The notes under the pieces were generated by a model. The model worked only from the letters and a program-made list of their open reading frames with translations. It was not told the origin of the DNA and searched no databases. A stretch of 64,000 nucleotides of DNA, from positions 127,968,001 through 128,032,000 of the forward strand of contig OZ024740.1 of the NCBI GenBank assembly GCA_964016885.1, written 5' to 3'. Both the position numbers and the translations under genes were made by a program. This DNA is from Eledone cirrhosa. Lineage: Eukaryota. Each line of letters starts with the position of its first letter. Within the stretch, counting starts at the first letter, position 1. Positions 13,486 through 25,891 of this stretch are shown one piece after another.

Positions 13486-13539
13486 ATAGTTCCACTGATG
13501 ATGTTGCAGATGTGCAACGAAAGAACTTTGTTAGACTAT
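13486..13539 (+). ncRNA. Hammerhead ribozyme-like motif at the end of a Penelope-like remnant
   Basis: CTGATGA-T-GTTGCA-GATG-TGCAAC-GAAA-GAAC-TT with an imperfect stem I (ATAGT/ACTAT). The downstream 13706-13730 matches the 3' flank of the motif at 60082-60126 and ends in (TA)n. Confidence 0.55.
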
Positions 13540-13724
13540 ATATACTGTATATATATTTATATCTGTATTTTTAACCGTTGGTCAGTCAATGATAAACATT
13601 GATTGCCAAATAAATTAACTATGGAGATATAAAAGATACAGAAGTGAAAACAGACCAAACAGTGAGTGTGTTCTGTTATTATTTCTGGTAATATTATTAC
13701 AACAATATGACCCTCCCCAATTAT

Positions 13725-13848
<124 letters not shown>

Positions 13849-14299
13849 TGAATTTAAGGGTACTTCTAAAATCCGTGAGACCGGGATATCGCACCTAGCT
13901 CTTTTGTAGTGTTCTTCTTAACAGAGAAAAATCTTCAAGCAGCATTCACTATATTTTGCTGTGTAATCGAAAAACATTCTTCTCGTTTTAAGGCTAGGCA
14001 GTCAAGCCTGAACTATATAAAAAACTATAACCAACAGCAGTTTGTTTACACATACTATTGTCATTCACGATTCGGCGTCTGGGCGTAGGGAAGCGAATAC
14101 ACACGTACCATAGGAGAGAGACATAGATCCACAGTTCTAACATCGACACTGAGGTACTTATGACGTTATGGAAGTTTAAGATACCTAGAGCGAAAATAAA
14201 TATATGTTTGTATGCACGCATATATGTACGTATTATTTTATATACAAACATAAATAAATAAATATGGTTTTACAAATACAGTTCCCATTTGTTTATATC

Positions 14300-14393
<94 letters not shown>

Positions 14394-14396
<3 letters not shown>

Positions 14397-14720
14397 CGAT
14401 ATTAACAAATGGAAACTATATTTATAAAACCATATTTATTTCATTATACATATTTCAAGGACACCAAGTTAAATTATGGTGTGCTTTCATCAGATAAAAT
14501 ATAATATAGATCAGTTTTATAAATAAATATTGACATACCCTTAAAGAATGCAACCATTACTGTTGGAAGCTCCCGGACAGTCAATATTTATTTATAAAAC
14601 TGATCTATATTATATTTTATCTAATGAAAGCACACCATAAATTAACTTGGTGTCCTTGAAATATGTATAATGAAATAAATATGCTTTTATAAATATAGTT
14701 TCCATTTGTTAATATCGTAT
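14394..14720. mobile_element. Fold-back element with 141-bp arms, each carrying a hammerhead motif
   Basis: Arms 14394-14534 and 14580-14720 are near-perfect inverted repeats with a 45-bp spacer. The left end abuts (TA)n. Confidence 0.85.
14437..14501 (-). ncRNA. Minimal type-I hammerhead ribozyme motif (intact core)
   Basis: TATTTTAT-CTGATGA-AAG-C-ACACCA-loop-TGGTGT-C-CTT-GAAA-T-ATGT-A-TA-ATGAAATA. Stem I is 8 bp and the cleavage triplet is AUA. The plus-strand mirror copy 14613-14677 has CTAATGA. Confidence 0.75.
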
Positions 14721-14804
14721 TTTTACTCCAAATATTTGTTGAGTGCTTTATATAAGTTATAAACATATTTGCTTGTTGTATCCCAACAATTTAAATAGAA
14801 CTCT

Positions 14805-14865
<61 letters not shown>

Positions 14866-15440
14866 GATCTCGTTTGCGTTTATACCCACTCGCAGACACA
14901 TATGTACACATATAACATTTATATAAAATAAAAGTCAGCGATGTATATAATTCATTTAAAAATATTATTCTTCCTTTGTCTACTGATTTGTTCTGTCTGT
15001 TTTTCTTCTTTCTTCTACGTTTATTTCTTTGTTGCTAGCCCATTACTTTCTGTAATAATAGAAGTGGATCTTCATTGTCTGTTTTTCAGAAATAAAACGC
15101 CCATTGTTATATAAACCATAGAGTAGTATATAGACTAGTAGATATTATAATATTAATAAAAATATATATATTAACAATGCTTTCTTTATTAACCACAAGG
15201 GTTTACACAAAGTATACATTAAGGACAGTACAGGACAATGCAGAACGGTACAAATGGGCATTTCTGCGTGTAAATAAATAAAAAAAAAAAAACAGAGGAT
15301 GTAACGAAAAAACAAACAATGAAAAGTTCCTCAATAGGGGGAGACTTCCGAGGGAGATTCGTGGAGAAAACCCATTAAAAAAAGCAACGGTGACGCTGAC
15401 CACCAGGGCAAGTGCCCTCTCCCAGTTTTCCACCTTCAAT

Positions 15441-18400
15441 TTACAGGCACATACCCATTCACACGGGCCATTCTTACCTCTCTCACCCATCTTTCAACAA
15501 AATGCTGGGAAGAGAGCACTTCCCTCTATACCCTGATTTTCCTTTTCAAATGAAATTTGAAAAGGTTAATCAGGACATCACCGAAGAGGTAAGTGCTCGT
15601 CTTCAGCTCTTTCAAACGTGTCCACCATACTATCGCTTTCGCCATGGCCACCAGACAGATACAAATTGACTGCCTTCCCGGCTAAAGGAAGAGGGCGGGG
15701 CGATCTTCACGATGGACTCAGCTGATAGCTGGATCCGTCCTACACGTGACAGCAGGTGTTCGACATAAACCCACAAGTCAGAAATGCTCGGATACTGGAC
15801 GAGTGCGTGCAGGACGGTTTCGTCGCCCTGAGCGCATCTCGGACATGCCCGGCTGACGGCAGCTCCATGCCTGTAGAGTTTATCCCGAACTGGCAAAGCT
15901 CCTCGGTAGCACTGCCAGGCCAGGGATTTCTGGAAGTTGTCCATAGGCCCCGGCCCGAAAGTCCTTCCGAAGAGATTGGCTAGTTGATTTTCGTCGACGC
16001 CTAGAGTTTCTCCAAGTACGTCGTCGCTCTTCCCCTCCACTAATCCCCTATAGAACGCCAAGGTGGAGTTTCCACCAATCACATTGCCCGATTGGTCGAG
16101 GGCTGTGAGCGCCTGAAGACATTCCAGTCTCCAAGCGCTCCCTCTCGGTCTTCGCTTGACCCAGGACTGCAGCTCCGTCGAGGAGACGAGCTGGGGAAAA
16201 ACGTGTCTAGCAAACGGCGACCACACCTGATCACCGTCGAGGAAGAGGTGGAGATGTCGTAGCCTGAGCGCCTGTCTGCGCATCATCAGCCACGGCATGC
16301 CCAGCCCTCCACGTAGCGGGTGTTGACAGCAGATGGACCGCCTGACCATCGGAGCGCGTCCCTTCCACAAGAAGCGAAAGAGCAAACGCTCCAGCGCAGT
16401 CAGGCGGGGCTTAGGACAAGGTACGACGGTCAGGCGGTAGTAGATGACGGATGCGATGTACGCATTCGCCACCTCCGCTCGACCTTTCAGGGATAGCTTC
16501 CTCTCGGCCCATTTCTGGGTGAGAGAAGCCACCCTGCTCGTCACCTCGTCCCAGTTTTTGTCCGTCTGGAGGTCTGGACCGAACCAGACCCCCAGCAATT
16601 TAACCGGTCCGTCCGTCCAGCGCCCGACGACGCTGTTGGACGGCATGGACCTGCCTCTCCAGGTGCCGAGCTGCAGGCCCACTGACTTTTCCTGGTTGAT
16701 CATTGCTCCTGTCACCGCTTCGTATTCTCTTAGTGTAGTGCCGATCGCCTCGATATGTTTGGCGTTCGACACCACTACGTTGACATCGTCGGCAGATGCT
16801 GACACGGATCTTCCGCATCCTAGTTCGCGCGGGACCCCCTCAACGTCTCCAGTTTGTGCAGTAATGGCTCGAGAGTCAATACGTACAATAGGGACGAGAG
16901 GGGACATCCTTGGCGGACCGAGCGCATGATGTTGAACGGTTCCGAAAGGTGACCGTTCACTCTCACTACAGAGCAGATGTCGCTGTGCCTGGCAGCGATC
17001 CAGCCTCTGAAGACGGGCCCAAAGCCAGCCGCCCTCAGGACTGCCGCTAGATAACGATGGTCGACCCTATCGAAGGCTTTCGACTGATCTAAATTGATCA
17101 AAGATCCACCCGTGCCAGGTTCCCTAGCTACCCTCTCTACGATGTATCGCATGAGGTGGAGGTTGTCGTGGATGGATCTGTCGGGAATGGCGCATGTCTG
17201 TGCCTCTCCCACCAGACGACCAACGACAAGCGCCAACCTCTTTGCTAGCACCTTGGCCAAAATCTTGAACTCTGTGTTTAGCAGAGTTATGGGCCTAAAA
17301 TTATCTATGTTATCCCCCTTGTTCGGATTCTTTCTCAGCAGCACCACCGCTCCTCGGCTCACAGAGCTGGGAATTCTCCCGTTCTGTTGCCAGTTGCAGT
17401 AGACGTCCGCCAAGAGGCCTCCGAACAAGTTTGGCATTTGTACGTAAAGTTCATAGGGCAGACCATCCAAACCAGGCGATTTACCCCTTGTGCAACTAGT
17501 CATTGCATCCCGTACTTCAGCGTTTGTTATCGGCTTTTCGCAACACTCCGCCTCAGTGGCCGAAAGCCGCGGCAGTCCGTCGAGGTAGACACTAAAGTCC
17601 ATCCCTCGATCTGGCCCGCCACTGCCCCCGAACAATTGAGCGAAGTGTCGCTGAAAAGCTTCACACATTTGCCCGGGATCGAGTAGCATGCGCCCGTCGT
17701 GGTCCACCAAAGACCGGATCGTGGCTTTGTTGCCACGACGCGCCTCCGCCACTCGGGCCCATTGAACGGCTTTCGTCCCCTCGTGTCTGAGAGCACGCAC
17801 CTTAGCTCTGACAACGCAGCCTTCGTGCTTTGCATTGAAGAATTGGTCAATGCCAATTTCGCCGCAAGTACGTCGGTCGCGATGCCTTTGCTAAGCGCCT
17901 CATCTAATTTTCTAACTAATTCTCCCTCTGCTCTATTTTTCTCTATTGCTAAAGTCTTACTAAACCTAATGGACTCTATTCTAATTGCTCTTTTCAGAGC
18001 AAACCACCACTTGTTGTTGACGATGGCCCCCGTCAACGCCCGCTTAACTAGTTCGCTAATCCGGTCTCTGTAGGCCTTGCGTGCTGGTAAGGACGCGTTT
18101 AGCTTCCAGTAGCCGGGTCCTTGTCTATGAAGCCAATCTAAGTCAAGCACACAGATCACGAATTTGTGGTCCGTGTAGCTGACTATCTTGAATTGTGGAC
18201 AGCCTATGCTAGACCTATCTATTTCCCTACAAAATACTCTATCTAGATATGATCTGGATGACCCTATGCGATTTGTCCAAGTCCACATTGGTACATTCGG
18301 GAAATCCATTCGGTACCTGTCAGACAGTTCAAAACGTCTGAGCAGGTTGGTGAGACTCTTGCACCCTCCTTCCCTATCCACTAATCCCACACCATCCCAG

Positions 18401-18848
18401 CGTGCATCTAAGATCCCGTTCCAGTCGCCCCCTAACACGAAAGAGCGGGACGTTCCAAGAAAGGTCTCCAGACGCCGGAAGAAATCAGGCCACCCTGCTC
18501 CTGTCGGGGCATAGACGGCCACTAACCTGAAAGCTTGCCCGTCTCCGCTGGTCACGTCCAGCACCACCAACTTACCTTCTGGGTCCAGGAAGATGGCCCG
18601 TATGGCAAGATCCAAAAACTTCTCCGAAAAAGCACAACAACTCCTCCCCCCGATCCCGGACGGCTGGGAGATGCGTACACATCGTAGCCGCCGAAGATCG
18701 GTGCGAAAGCCTGTGCTTCGGAGATTCTGGTCTCGCTGATGGCCACTACATCTATGTTTAGTGACCTGAGGTCGTTGAGCAGGTGGCCCTGCTTCCATGA
18801 CGACCCCAAGCCACGCGCATTTATGCTGCCTATTCTGAGTGAGGTCAT
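15441..18848 (-). pseudogene. Tx1 copy A ORF2 (APE endonuclease-RT-zinc knuckle), frameshifted
   Basis: Split over several listed ORFs and nearly identical to 31466-34885. YADD->SADD and the terminal knuckle Cys->Tyr. Confidence 0.9.
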
Positions 18849-18882
18849 GTTGAAAAGGAGTGGAAAAGATGGGAAAGACCAC

Positions 18883-21067
18883 TTACCTTACTTCTCGTAG
18901 GGGAAGGACGGTTTTTCCATCCTTTTCACTGCTTGTGGCCTCCTCAGGAAGGATGTCCTTATAAATCCTCCTGGAGAGTGCTTGTCGGAAGTCTCCGATG
19001 TCTTTGGGGAATTTTTGTTTTAGTGTCATGTACGTTTTCTGTGTGATGCGAGTGATTTGTATGTGTGGAGGTAGTGTGAATTTTGGGGTTGTTGTGTAGT
19101 CTTTTTCTGTGATGCTGGTGTTGTGTTGGATGTAGTGTAATAATTGCTTGTTGTTCAAATTTAATTATTTCTACGTTAGGCACAAGGCCAGCAATTACCC
19201 AGTGCATTACTGGTACTTTGTTTTATCGACCCCATAAGGATGAAAGGCAAAGTTAACCTCGGCGGGATTTGAACTCAGAATGGCAAGGGCCGTAACTCTA
19301 TGCGTCAAAGCATGGTGTCCGACCCTCTACCAATACTGCTAATCTACCGCCATTGTTGTTCAAATTTAATGCTGTGTAGTGTGTATCGTTTTGGTTGTTT
19401 TGTTTTGTTTGCGTTTGTTGTGGGTTTGTTTCTGTTTCGCATTTTGGTGACTTTTGTGGTGTAGGTGATGGTGGTGTTGGGGTTAATGATGGTGATGGTG
19501 TTGGTGTTTGGGTTGATGGGGTTGGTGATGCTGGTGTGGATGGTGGCATATCTGTCCTAACTTTTTTGTTTGTTAATTTATTTGTTTCCCTCTGTATTTT
19601 GTTTTTTGGGGGGAAAGGAAGAGAATTTTTTCTTTTTTGGTTTCTTTTTTTTTTCCGGATATCGTTTCCCACTCCTCGTCGTCACAATCTGTCTCCAGTT
19701 GTGATAGGCCGGGGAGTGGAAAATCCTCCACAGCCGTTAGTTTTGGTTGTGGCGTGGTGGATGGTGTAGGCGCTGGTGCTAGTTCTGAAGCGTTGGGTGG
19801 TGGTGGTGTTTGTTTTGCTACTGTTGCTGGGGTTGTTGCTGTTATAGTTGCTTCTGTTGTTGCTGCTACAGTTGTTGCTGCCATCTCTGCTACTGGTGGT
19901 GTTGATGGTTGTGTCACTGGGGTGGGTAGGAGAGGTGGACTCAACCTTTTAGCCTGAGGGCAGAAAGCCCTTAGGTGGGTTCCTTCACCACAAACGACAC
20001 ACCTAGGTTTTCTGCCCTCGACAATTACCGTGAGGTGGCTGCCGTCAGTGAGGTCTATTACCTCTGGGATCTCCTCAATGCTTTTTTGGTCCGCTTGGAT
20101 CAGGAGCTCCATCCCAGATCCGGACCAGTTCTCCTGCTTTTCTTTTGCTATTGCTATTATTTTCGTGTTGGCTTCGATGCCGGCGAGGACAGCCGCTATT
20201 AGCCAGGGAATTTTGATGGCCGGTGGAACGTGGGTCACCCTGATCTTTACGAGTCTCTGGCCACAATAGCTTGGGACGAGTGTGAAGTCGTCACTTCTTA
20301 ATGGGGCCATGCAGTGTTCTCTAGCCTCCTCTGGTGTTTCAAAGAACACGTCCACGGTTCCATACTTTTGCCCACGTCTGATGTGGGTTTTTCTTGCCCA
20401 CACATGTCCCAAACCTTTTTGGATTTGGGACTCGGATGCCCGTTCCACTCGGCGCGATTTTACATTTATTGTTCTATACGACACGGTGCATAGGCGCCGA
20501 TGCTCCATTTTATTAGGTGTGGGGGGTGGGGGTGAGGCTGACCCTGTACCCATCTTTCTTTACCATTTGTTTGGCATTTTCTAAATCCTCCTGAGTTACC
20601 GTAAATGCTTCGAACTGTTTTGCTACTCTGGCGAAACTGAGGGGGGGGGTGTATAATGTCATTGTTGTTGTTGTTGCTATCGTTAATATTAATTTTAGTT
20701 TCAGTTGTGGTGGTGGTGACGTCAGTCGTCTTTGGTGGGGAAGTGTCCATTTTGCTTGATTTCATTTCGACATCACGAGTTAATTTATTTTTTCTTCTTT
20801 TGTTTCTGTTGTCGCGGTGGTGGTGGGGGTGGGGGTTATCACGGTGGTGGTGGTGGTGGAGGCTTTAACACCTGCAGTCATTGGTAATGGCGGGAAATGA
20901 ATGTCTGCCTGAGACAAATTTAAAATATTGCTACTGCTTATATTTGTTTTTGTGTTGGCAAACGTAGTAACATTTACAATGGTGGTGTCGGTGTGAGGTG
21001 TTAATTTGTGAGGAAGGCTTTCAGCTGCTTGTTGCAGAGGTGAATTAGCCATTTTTTTCAAAGACAT
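18883..21067 (-). pseudogene. Tx1 copy A ORF1 (gag-like), frameshifted and SINE-interrupted
   Basis: Homologous to copy B ORF1 (CTVSYRT..KSRRVERA..QIQK; zinc knuckle). Confidence 0.8.
19166..19352 (-). mobile_element. tRNA-derived SINE inserted in Tx1 ORF1
   Basis: Same family as 8177-8373; 18-bp TSD TTGTTGTTCAAATTTAAT (19148-19165 / 19353-19370). Confidence 0.88.
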
Positions 21068-21259
21068 TTTTTGATAATAATAAAAGTTTAAATTTTGGGC
21101 ACAAGGCCCCAATCTTTTTAGGTGTCCTTTTCGGAAAACAATGTATGTGCGCTTATAAACAGTTAACAATAACATTTTCCATAAATGACAATTTTTAACA
21201 AACGGAAATAACAAACCTTTGCGGAGCTCACGATGATACGATTTACTACGTAGGTCGCC

Positions 21260-21330
<71 letters not shown>
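21260..21330. repeat. (AAT)n microsatellite
   Basis: Pure trinucleotide run between two LINE 5' ends. Confidence 0.95.
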
Positions 21331-22190
21331 GAAGACGCACGAGGTGACGGAGGTCATGAAATCGCTCCCGTAAGTTTTGAATTTTTAACATATTTAAACC
21401 ATTTGTGAAATAACAACTCTTAGTACAAATGCTACGTAAAGCACCCGGCTTGAGCCCCAAAAAATTCGGACCCAAAATATATTGTTATAAGGCTCAAATA
21501 TTCAAATATTCAACTTTGTATTGTACACTGTATATCCAAAAAAGAAAATGGCTATAAATGGAAGAAGACCCCCCCCCCTCCTCCTCTGTCTACACTATAT
21601 AGAACAGCCAAACTCACCAACACCAGAAACTAGATACACCACCCACCCCATCACCTGTGTACACTAAACCACCACCGCTCACTACGGCCATCATTACAAC
21701 CATTATCCCATCACCGCCGCCACCACCCCTTCACTCCTTCACTGCTACCACCGCTACAGCACCATCACTACAGTAATACGGTCACATCACCGCCACCACT
21801 GCCTCGGTATCGACATCACCACCACCACTGTCTCAGTATCGCTACCGCCGCCAGTCTCCCACTTCTTCTTTTAGCTGGCTGCTGCCACCACATTATAGAA
21901 TCCCTACTGCTAAAAAAGAGGAAGGCATCAAAATATATAGATAGACTCAAAAGAAAAAAGAAAAAACAAACAACAAAACCAAAGCAGCACAGCAACAACA
22001 ACAAAAAAACGAGAAAAACAAACAGAGAAAAACAAAAACAAAAACAAACAAAAAAAAACCCCAAAACGTAAAGAAAATAAGAATGAAGAGAGAAGCAGGC
22101 GGACGGACAGAGAAGAGGGGGGAAAAACTAAAACTTAAAAAACAAAAACTAAGTCAGACATTCGAACACTACATTACAATGAAACTTATG
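21331..22190 (+). mobile_element. Probable 5' fragment of a third Tx1-like element (copy C)
   Basis: Starts GAAGACGCACGAGGTGACGGAGG..GCTCCCGTAAG..AATTTTTAAC..ACCCAAAAT..AAAATGGCTA. This parallels the copy B 5' UTR (GAATGCCATGGTTGACGGAGG..GCTCTGTAAG..AATTTTTAAC..ACCCAAAAT..AACATGGCTA) and is followed by Thr/Pro-type low-complexity sequence. Confidence 0.5.
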
Positions 22191-22199
22191 CTTATTCAT

Positions 22200-25100
22200 T
22201 TTTGGGGCCCTTTCTGCCTGTGTGTTTGTTTGTTTATGTGTGTTCGTATACAGCGTGGTGATAATGCCACACAAGGGCCAAGTGGAATGGCGGATCCACA
22301 GATGGATATGTAACCATACATTTGCCAATCCTCGATAAGAGTGTTTAAATATCGAACATAAACAGTTCGAATAACGGTGAAATGGAGTCTAGAACGTCAT
22401 GTGACAGACTCTCACCCAACAGGTGCCCCCTGGCTCAGCAGCAGGAACCTGACTGTCAACCAAATACTGCTGATGTTGGAGGAAGGAGAAGAAGGAAAGG
22501 GGCCAGAACCAACTGGACGAAAGAATTGAATAGAACTGTTATGCAATGTTACCTGAAAAGTAACCCCAAGGAGAGGGGCTACAGGAGACGGATGCATAAC
22601 ATCTGGAACGAGATTGGTTTATTTAAATTAGATGAACAAAAATTGGCCGGGCAGGCTCGGGTAATAAGAACTAATGGATGGATAAGCGAGCTGGAACTGG
22701 AGGAACTGAGCAGAGAGAATGGCTTGGAGATGGCGGGTGTAGTATGCCAGACAAGCGAGCCAGTGGGAAATGAAGGTGAAGAGGTCCTGAGAACGGAGGA
22801 ACCACCCGAAGCAGACAATGATCTGAATACTGAGATAAATAATACCTGGAACAGAGATACGGCCACTGAGGAGATGAATGCTGACGGGCTAGGACAAGAT
22901 TCGGTTGACATCCTAAATTTAGTGGTAGATGAATTGAACAATGATAGTGGGAGACCTATGAACCTAAGATTTGTAGACAGGAAAAAGTTAAAAGAAACAA
23001 CAGCTAAGGTAAACAAAGTCATCCCATACCTTGAGGCGAGGAGCCTTCACCAGTGCAACAATATCCTTAAAGCAACAGCAAATACGGTGAGGAAACTACT
23101 TGGTATAAAAGCGAGAGGAAACAACAGACAAGAAAGAGCAGAGCCGTGGTGGAAGAAGCGACTGAGTGGGCAAATCGGGGAAATGAGAAATGACATAGGA
23201 AAGCTTGAGTCACTACTGAATGGGACACTAAAAAACATAGGCACTAAAAATAGACTGGAAATAAAATACAAAACTAGGAGTAAAAAGCTAAATATTATCA
23301 TAGAGGAACTGAAGCAACGCATTGTAGCAAAGAGTGCAAAAATCAGGCGATACGAGAACAGAGTCAGTCAGTATAAACAGAATCGCATGTTCGACAACAA
23401 CCAGAAGATGCTGTTTGGACAGCTTGAGGGGAAAGAAAGAGGCAACGACTTGATCCCTGGGGCGGAGCAAACTAAAACATTCTGGAGAGGAATATGGGAG
23501 CAGGATGTTAGACACAATGCCCAGGCAGGGTGGATTGAGACAGTACAGAGGGAGATCGGTGAGCAGGCACAACAACAAACTGAGTTGAGTATCACAGTTG
23601 AAACTCTTAAGGGGCAGGCCAAAAAACTAACCAACTGGAAATCACCAGGCCCAGATGGTGTGCAGGGGTATTGGATTAAACATTTAACATCCCTCCACCC
23701 GAAGCTGACGGCCATGTTCAATGACTGCTTGGTGTCGGGTGAGGTGCCAGAGTGGTTGACAAAAGGTACCACAGTTCTGATAATGAAAGACCGAATCAAG
23801 GGTAATGATGTTACCAACTATAGACCTATCACATGTCTGTCCGTAATGTGGAAACTGTTGACGAGCATTGTGTCTGAGGAAATCTACCATCACCTCCACA
23901 CAAACAACTTGTTACCGGACGAACAGAAAGGATGCCGAAAGAAGTCACGTGGTACAAAGGACCAGTTGCTTATTGATAAGATGGTAATGGGGAATTGCAG
24001 GAGGAGACACACTGATCTTGCCATGGGATGGATAGACTACAGAAAGGCATTTGACATGGTGCCCCATTCCTGGATCACCAAAAGCCTGGAGATCTTCAAG
24101 GTGGCAGATAACATCAGACAGTTGCTAGGCAGGAGTATGGGGTCCTGGGAGACAGAGTTGACATCAACTGGAGTATCCTTGGGAAGCGTGAAGATCAAGA
24201 GAGGTATCTTCCAGGGAGATAGCCTGTCCCCTCTGTTGTTTGTCCTTGCCCTGATGCCCTTGACCATTATGCTGCGAAAAGTGAGAGCAGGATACAAGTT
24301 GGGAAGGGGAGAGCTTACCATCAATCACCTCCTCTTCATGGACGATCTTAAGCTCTTCGGGAAAAGTGAGAAGGAGTTGGATGTGCTTGTTGACACTCTC
24401 CGTATTTTCAGCAGTGATATATGTATGCAGTTTGGTATTGGTAAATGTGGAGTCATTGTGATGAAGAGGGGTAGGTTGAGCAGAAGTAACGGGATCCAGA
24501 TACCAACAGGTGAGATGATAAAGGAAATTGACTCTGAGGAAGGATACAAGTATTTGGGCGTTCTGGAGGCTGATGGCATAAAGAACAAAAAAATGAAGGA
24601 ATTGTTAAGAACTGAATACATTCGGAGAGTAAGGAGCGTATTGAAGTCACATCTGAACAGCAGAAATGCCATAAGCGCAGTAAATTCCCGAGCTGTGTCT
24701 ATTATTAGGTACAGTGCGGGAATTCTGAGATGGAATGTTGCTGAACAAAAAGAAATGGATAGGAAGACTAGGAAGCTATTGACTATCTACAACATGTTCC
24801 ACAAGAGGAGTGATGTCGATAGACTCTACCTAAGGAGATCTGAGGGTGGAAGAGGTCTTATCAGCATAGAGGACTGTGTTCAGATGGAGAAAAACAACCT
24901 ATACAAATACGTGACCTATAGTAAGGAGCCAATGCTCAGAACTGTACTGAAGGAGGGGACAGTAGGCCAGGGGATGTCCAAGGAGGAAATAACATCAAGG
25001 AGGAAGAGCAGCCTTAAGGGAAAATCCCTTCATAGTACCTTCTTTGAGAAAACTGAATTTAGAGATCCACAGACATGGAACTGGTTGAGAAGAGGAGACC

Positions 25101-25848
25101 TCAAAAAGGCTACAGAAGGAATGCTAATGGCTGCGCAGGAGCAGGCCCTCAAAACGAAGTGGTTGAAGCATCACATTTACAAGGAGGAGGCTAGCCCACT
25201 GTGCAGGATCTGTGGAGAGAGAGAGGAGACTGTGGCTCACATTGTGTCCGAGTGTAAACACCTAGCCCAGACCCACTATAAGGGCTGGAGACACGATGTG
25301 ATGGGCAGGGTGATCCACTGGCACCTGTGCAAAGTAAACAATTTACCACATTCTGAGAAATGGTATGAGCATAGGCCAGAGGCGGTGATGGAGAACAATC
25401 AGGTGAAGGTGCTGTGGGATTTTAGGATACAGACGGACAAAAAACTGGAACACAATAGACCTGACCTGGTGGTTGTGGACAAAGAAAAAAGATCGTGTCT
25501 GATTGTGGATGTGGCCTGCCCGTTCGACACGAGAGTGCAAGAGAAGGAGAGGGAGAAAATTAACCGATACCAGGACCTAAAGTGGGAGGTGAAAAGGATC
25601 TGGAACTGCCATGAAGTCAAAGTGATCCCGATTGTCATAGGCGCACTGGGGACTATCTCCAAAAGTTTCCAGGGATGGTTAAAGAAAATCGGCCCCTTCA
25701 CGCTTTTTGGAACGCTTCAAAAGGCATGCTTGCTTGGAACAGCAAGAACCCTCCGATACGTCCTGAATATCTGAGGCTGCAGGTAGTGGCTTGATATTCA
25801 ATCCAATGGACTTTCCAGTTAACCAACATCAATGACTGAGATTCAAGG
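22200..25848 (+). mobile_element. R4/Dong-clade RLE non-LTR retrotransposon, copy D1 (5' boundary approximate)
   Basis: Single intact ORF, short 3' UTR ending GATTCAAGG, then an AATAAC(AAT)n tail. Confidence 0.88.
22382..25774 (+). CDS. R4/Dong-type polyprotein: Myb-like N-terminus, RT, CCHC knuckle, restriction-like endonuclease (1130 aa, intact)
   Basis: [73 protein letters not shown]. Confidence 0.93.
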   Translation: MESRTSCDRLSPNRCPLAQQQEPDCQPNTADVGGRRRRKGARTNWTKELNRTVMQCYLKSNPKERGYRRRMHNIWNEIGLFKLDEQKLAGQARVIRTNGWISELELEELSRENGLEMAGVVCQTSEPVGNEGEEVLRTEEPPEADNDLNTEINNTWNRDTATEEMNADGLGQDSVDILNLVVDELNNDSGRPMNLRFVDRKKLKETTAKVNKVIPYLEARSLHQCNNILKATANTVRKLLGIKARGNNRQERAEPWWKKRLSGQIGEMRNDIGKLESLLNGTLKNIGTKNRLEIKYKTRSKKLNIIIEELKQRIVAKSAKIRRYENRVSQYKQNRMFDNNQKMLFGQLEGKERGNDLIPGAEQTKTFWRGIWEQDVRHNAQAGWIETVQREIGEQAQQQTELSITVETLKGQAKKLTNWKSPGPDGVQGYWIKHLTSLHPKLTAMFNDCLVSGEVPEWLTKGTTVLIMKDRIKGNDVTNYRPITCLSVMWKLLTSIVSEEIYHHLHTNNLLPDEQKGCRKKSRGTKDQLLIDKMVMGNCRRRHTDLAMGWIDYRKAFDMVPHSWITKSLEIFKVADNIRQLLGRSMGSWETELTSTGVSLGSVKIKRGIFQGDSLSPLLFVLALMPLTIMLRKVRAGYKLGRGELTINHLLFMDDLKLFGKSEKELDVLVDTLRIFSSDICMQFGIGKCGVIVMKRGRLSRSNGIQIPTGEMIKEIDSEEGYKYLGVLEADGIKNKKMKELLRTEYIRRVRSVLKSHLNSRNAISAVNSRAVSIIRYSAGILRWNVAEQKEMDRKTRKLLTIYNMFHKRSDVDRLYLRRSEGGRGLISIEDCVQMEKNNLYKYVTYSKEPMLRTVLKEGTVGQGMSKEEITSRRKSSLKGKSLHSTFFEKTEFRDPQTWNWLRRGDLKKATEGMLMAAQEQALKTKWLKHHIYKEEASPLCRICGEREETVAHIVSECKHLAQTHYKGWRHDVMGRVIHWHLCKVNNLPHSEKWYEHRPEAVMENNQVKVLWDFRIQTDKKLEHNRPDLVVVDKEKRSCLIVDVACPFDTRVQEKEREKINRYQDLKWEVKRIWNCHEVKVIPIVIGALGTISKSFQGWLKKIGPFTLFGTLQKACLLGTARTLRYVLNI

Positions 25849-25857
25849 AATAACAAC

Positions 25858-25887
<30 letters not shown>

Positions 25888-25891
<4 letters not shown>

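Larger units (their letters stand above)
15179..21259 (-). mobile_element. Tx1-clade (L1 group) LINE copy A, full length but inactivated
   Basis: ORF1 with CCHC motif (CVVCGEGTHLRAFC), ORF2 APE+RT. 3' UTR shared with copy B. 5' end abuts (AAT)n at 21260. Confidence 0.9.

Noticed and set aside
13860-14200. Further hammerhead-like fragments (TTGAAGA on minus near 13935, CTGAGG at 14148; also ~42100)
   Set aside because: Core incomplete and stems could not be closed.
20780-21475. 231-aa minus ORF with poly-Ile, and the poly-Ile start of ORF 25832-26698
   Set aside because: Read-through across (AAT)n tracts joining unrelated element ends.
22204-22320. Possible HDV-like ribozyme in the Dong 5' UTR (GGCCCTT...AAGGGCC pairing)
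   Set aside because: A 7-bp P1-like stem exists, but I could not find the P3/L3, P1.1 or J4/2 consensus.
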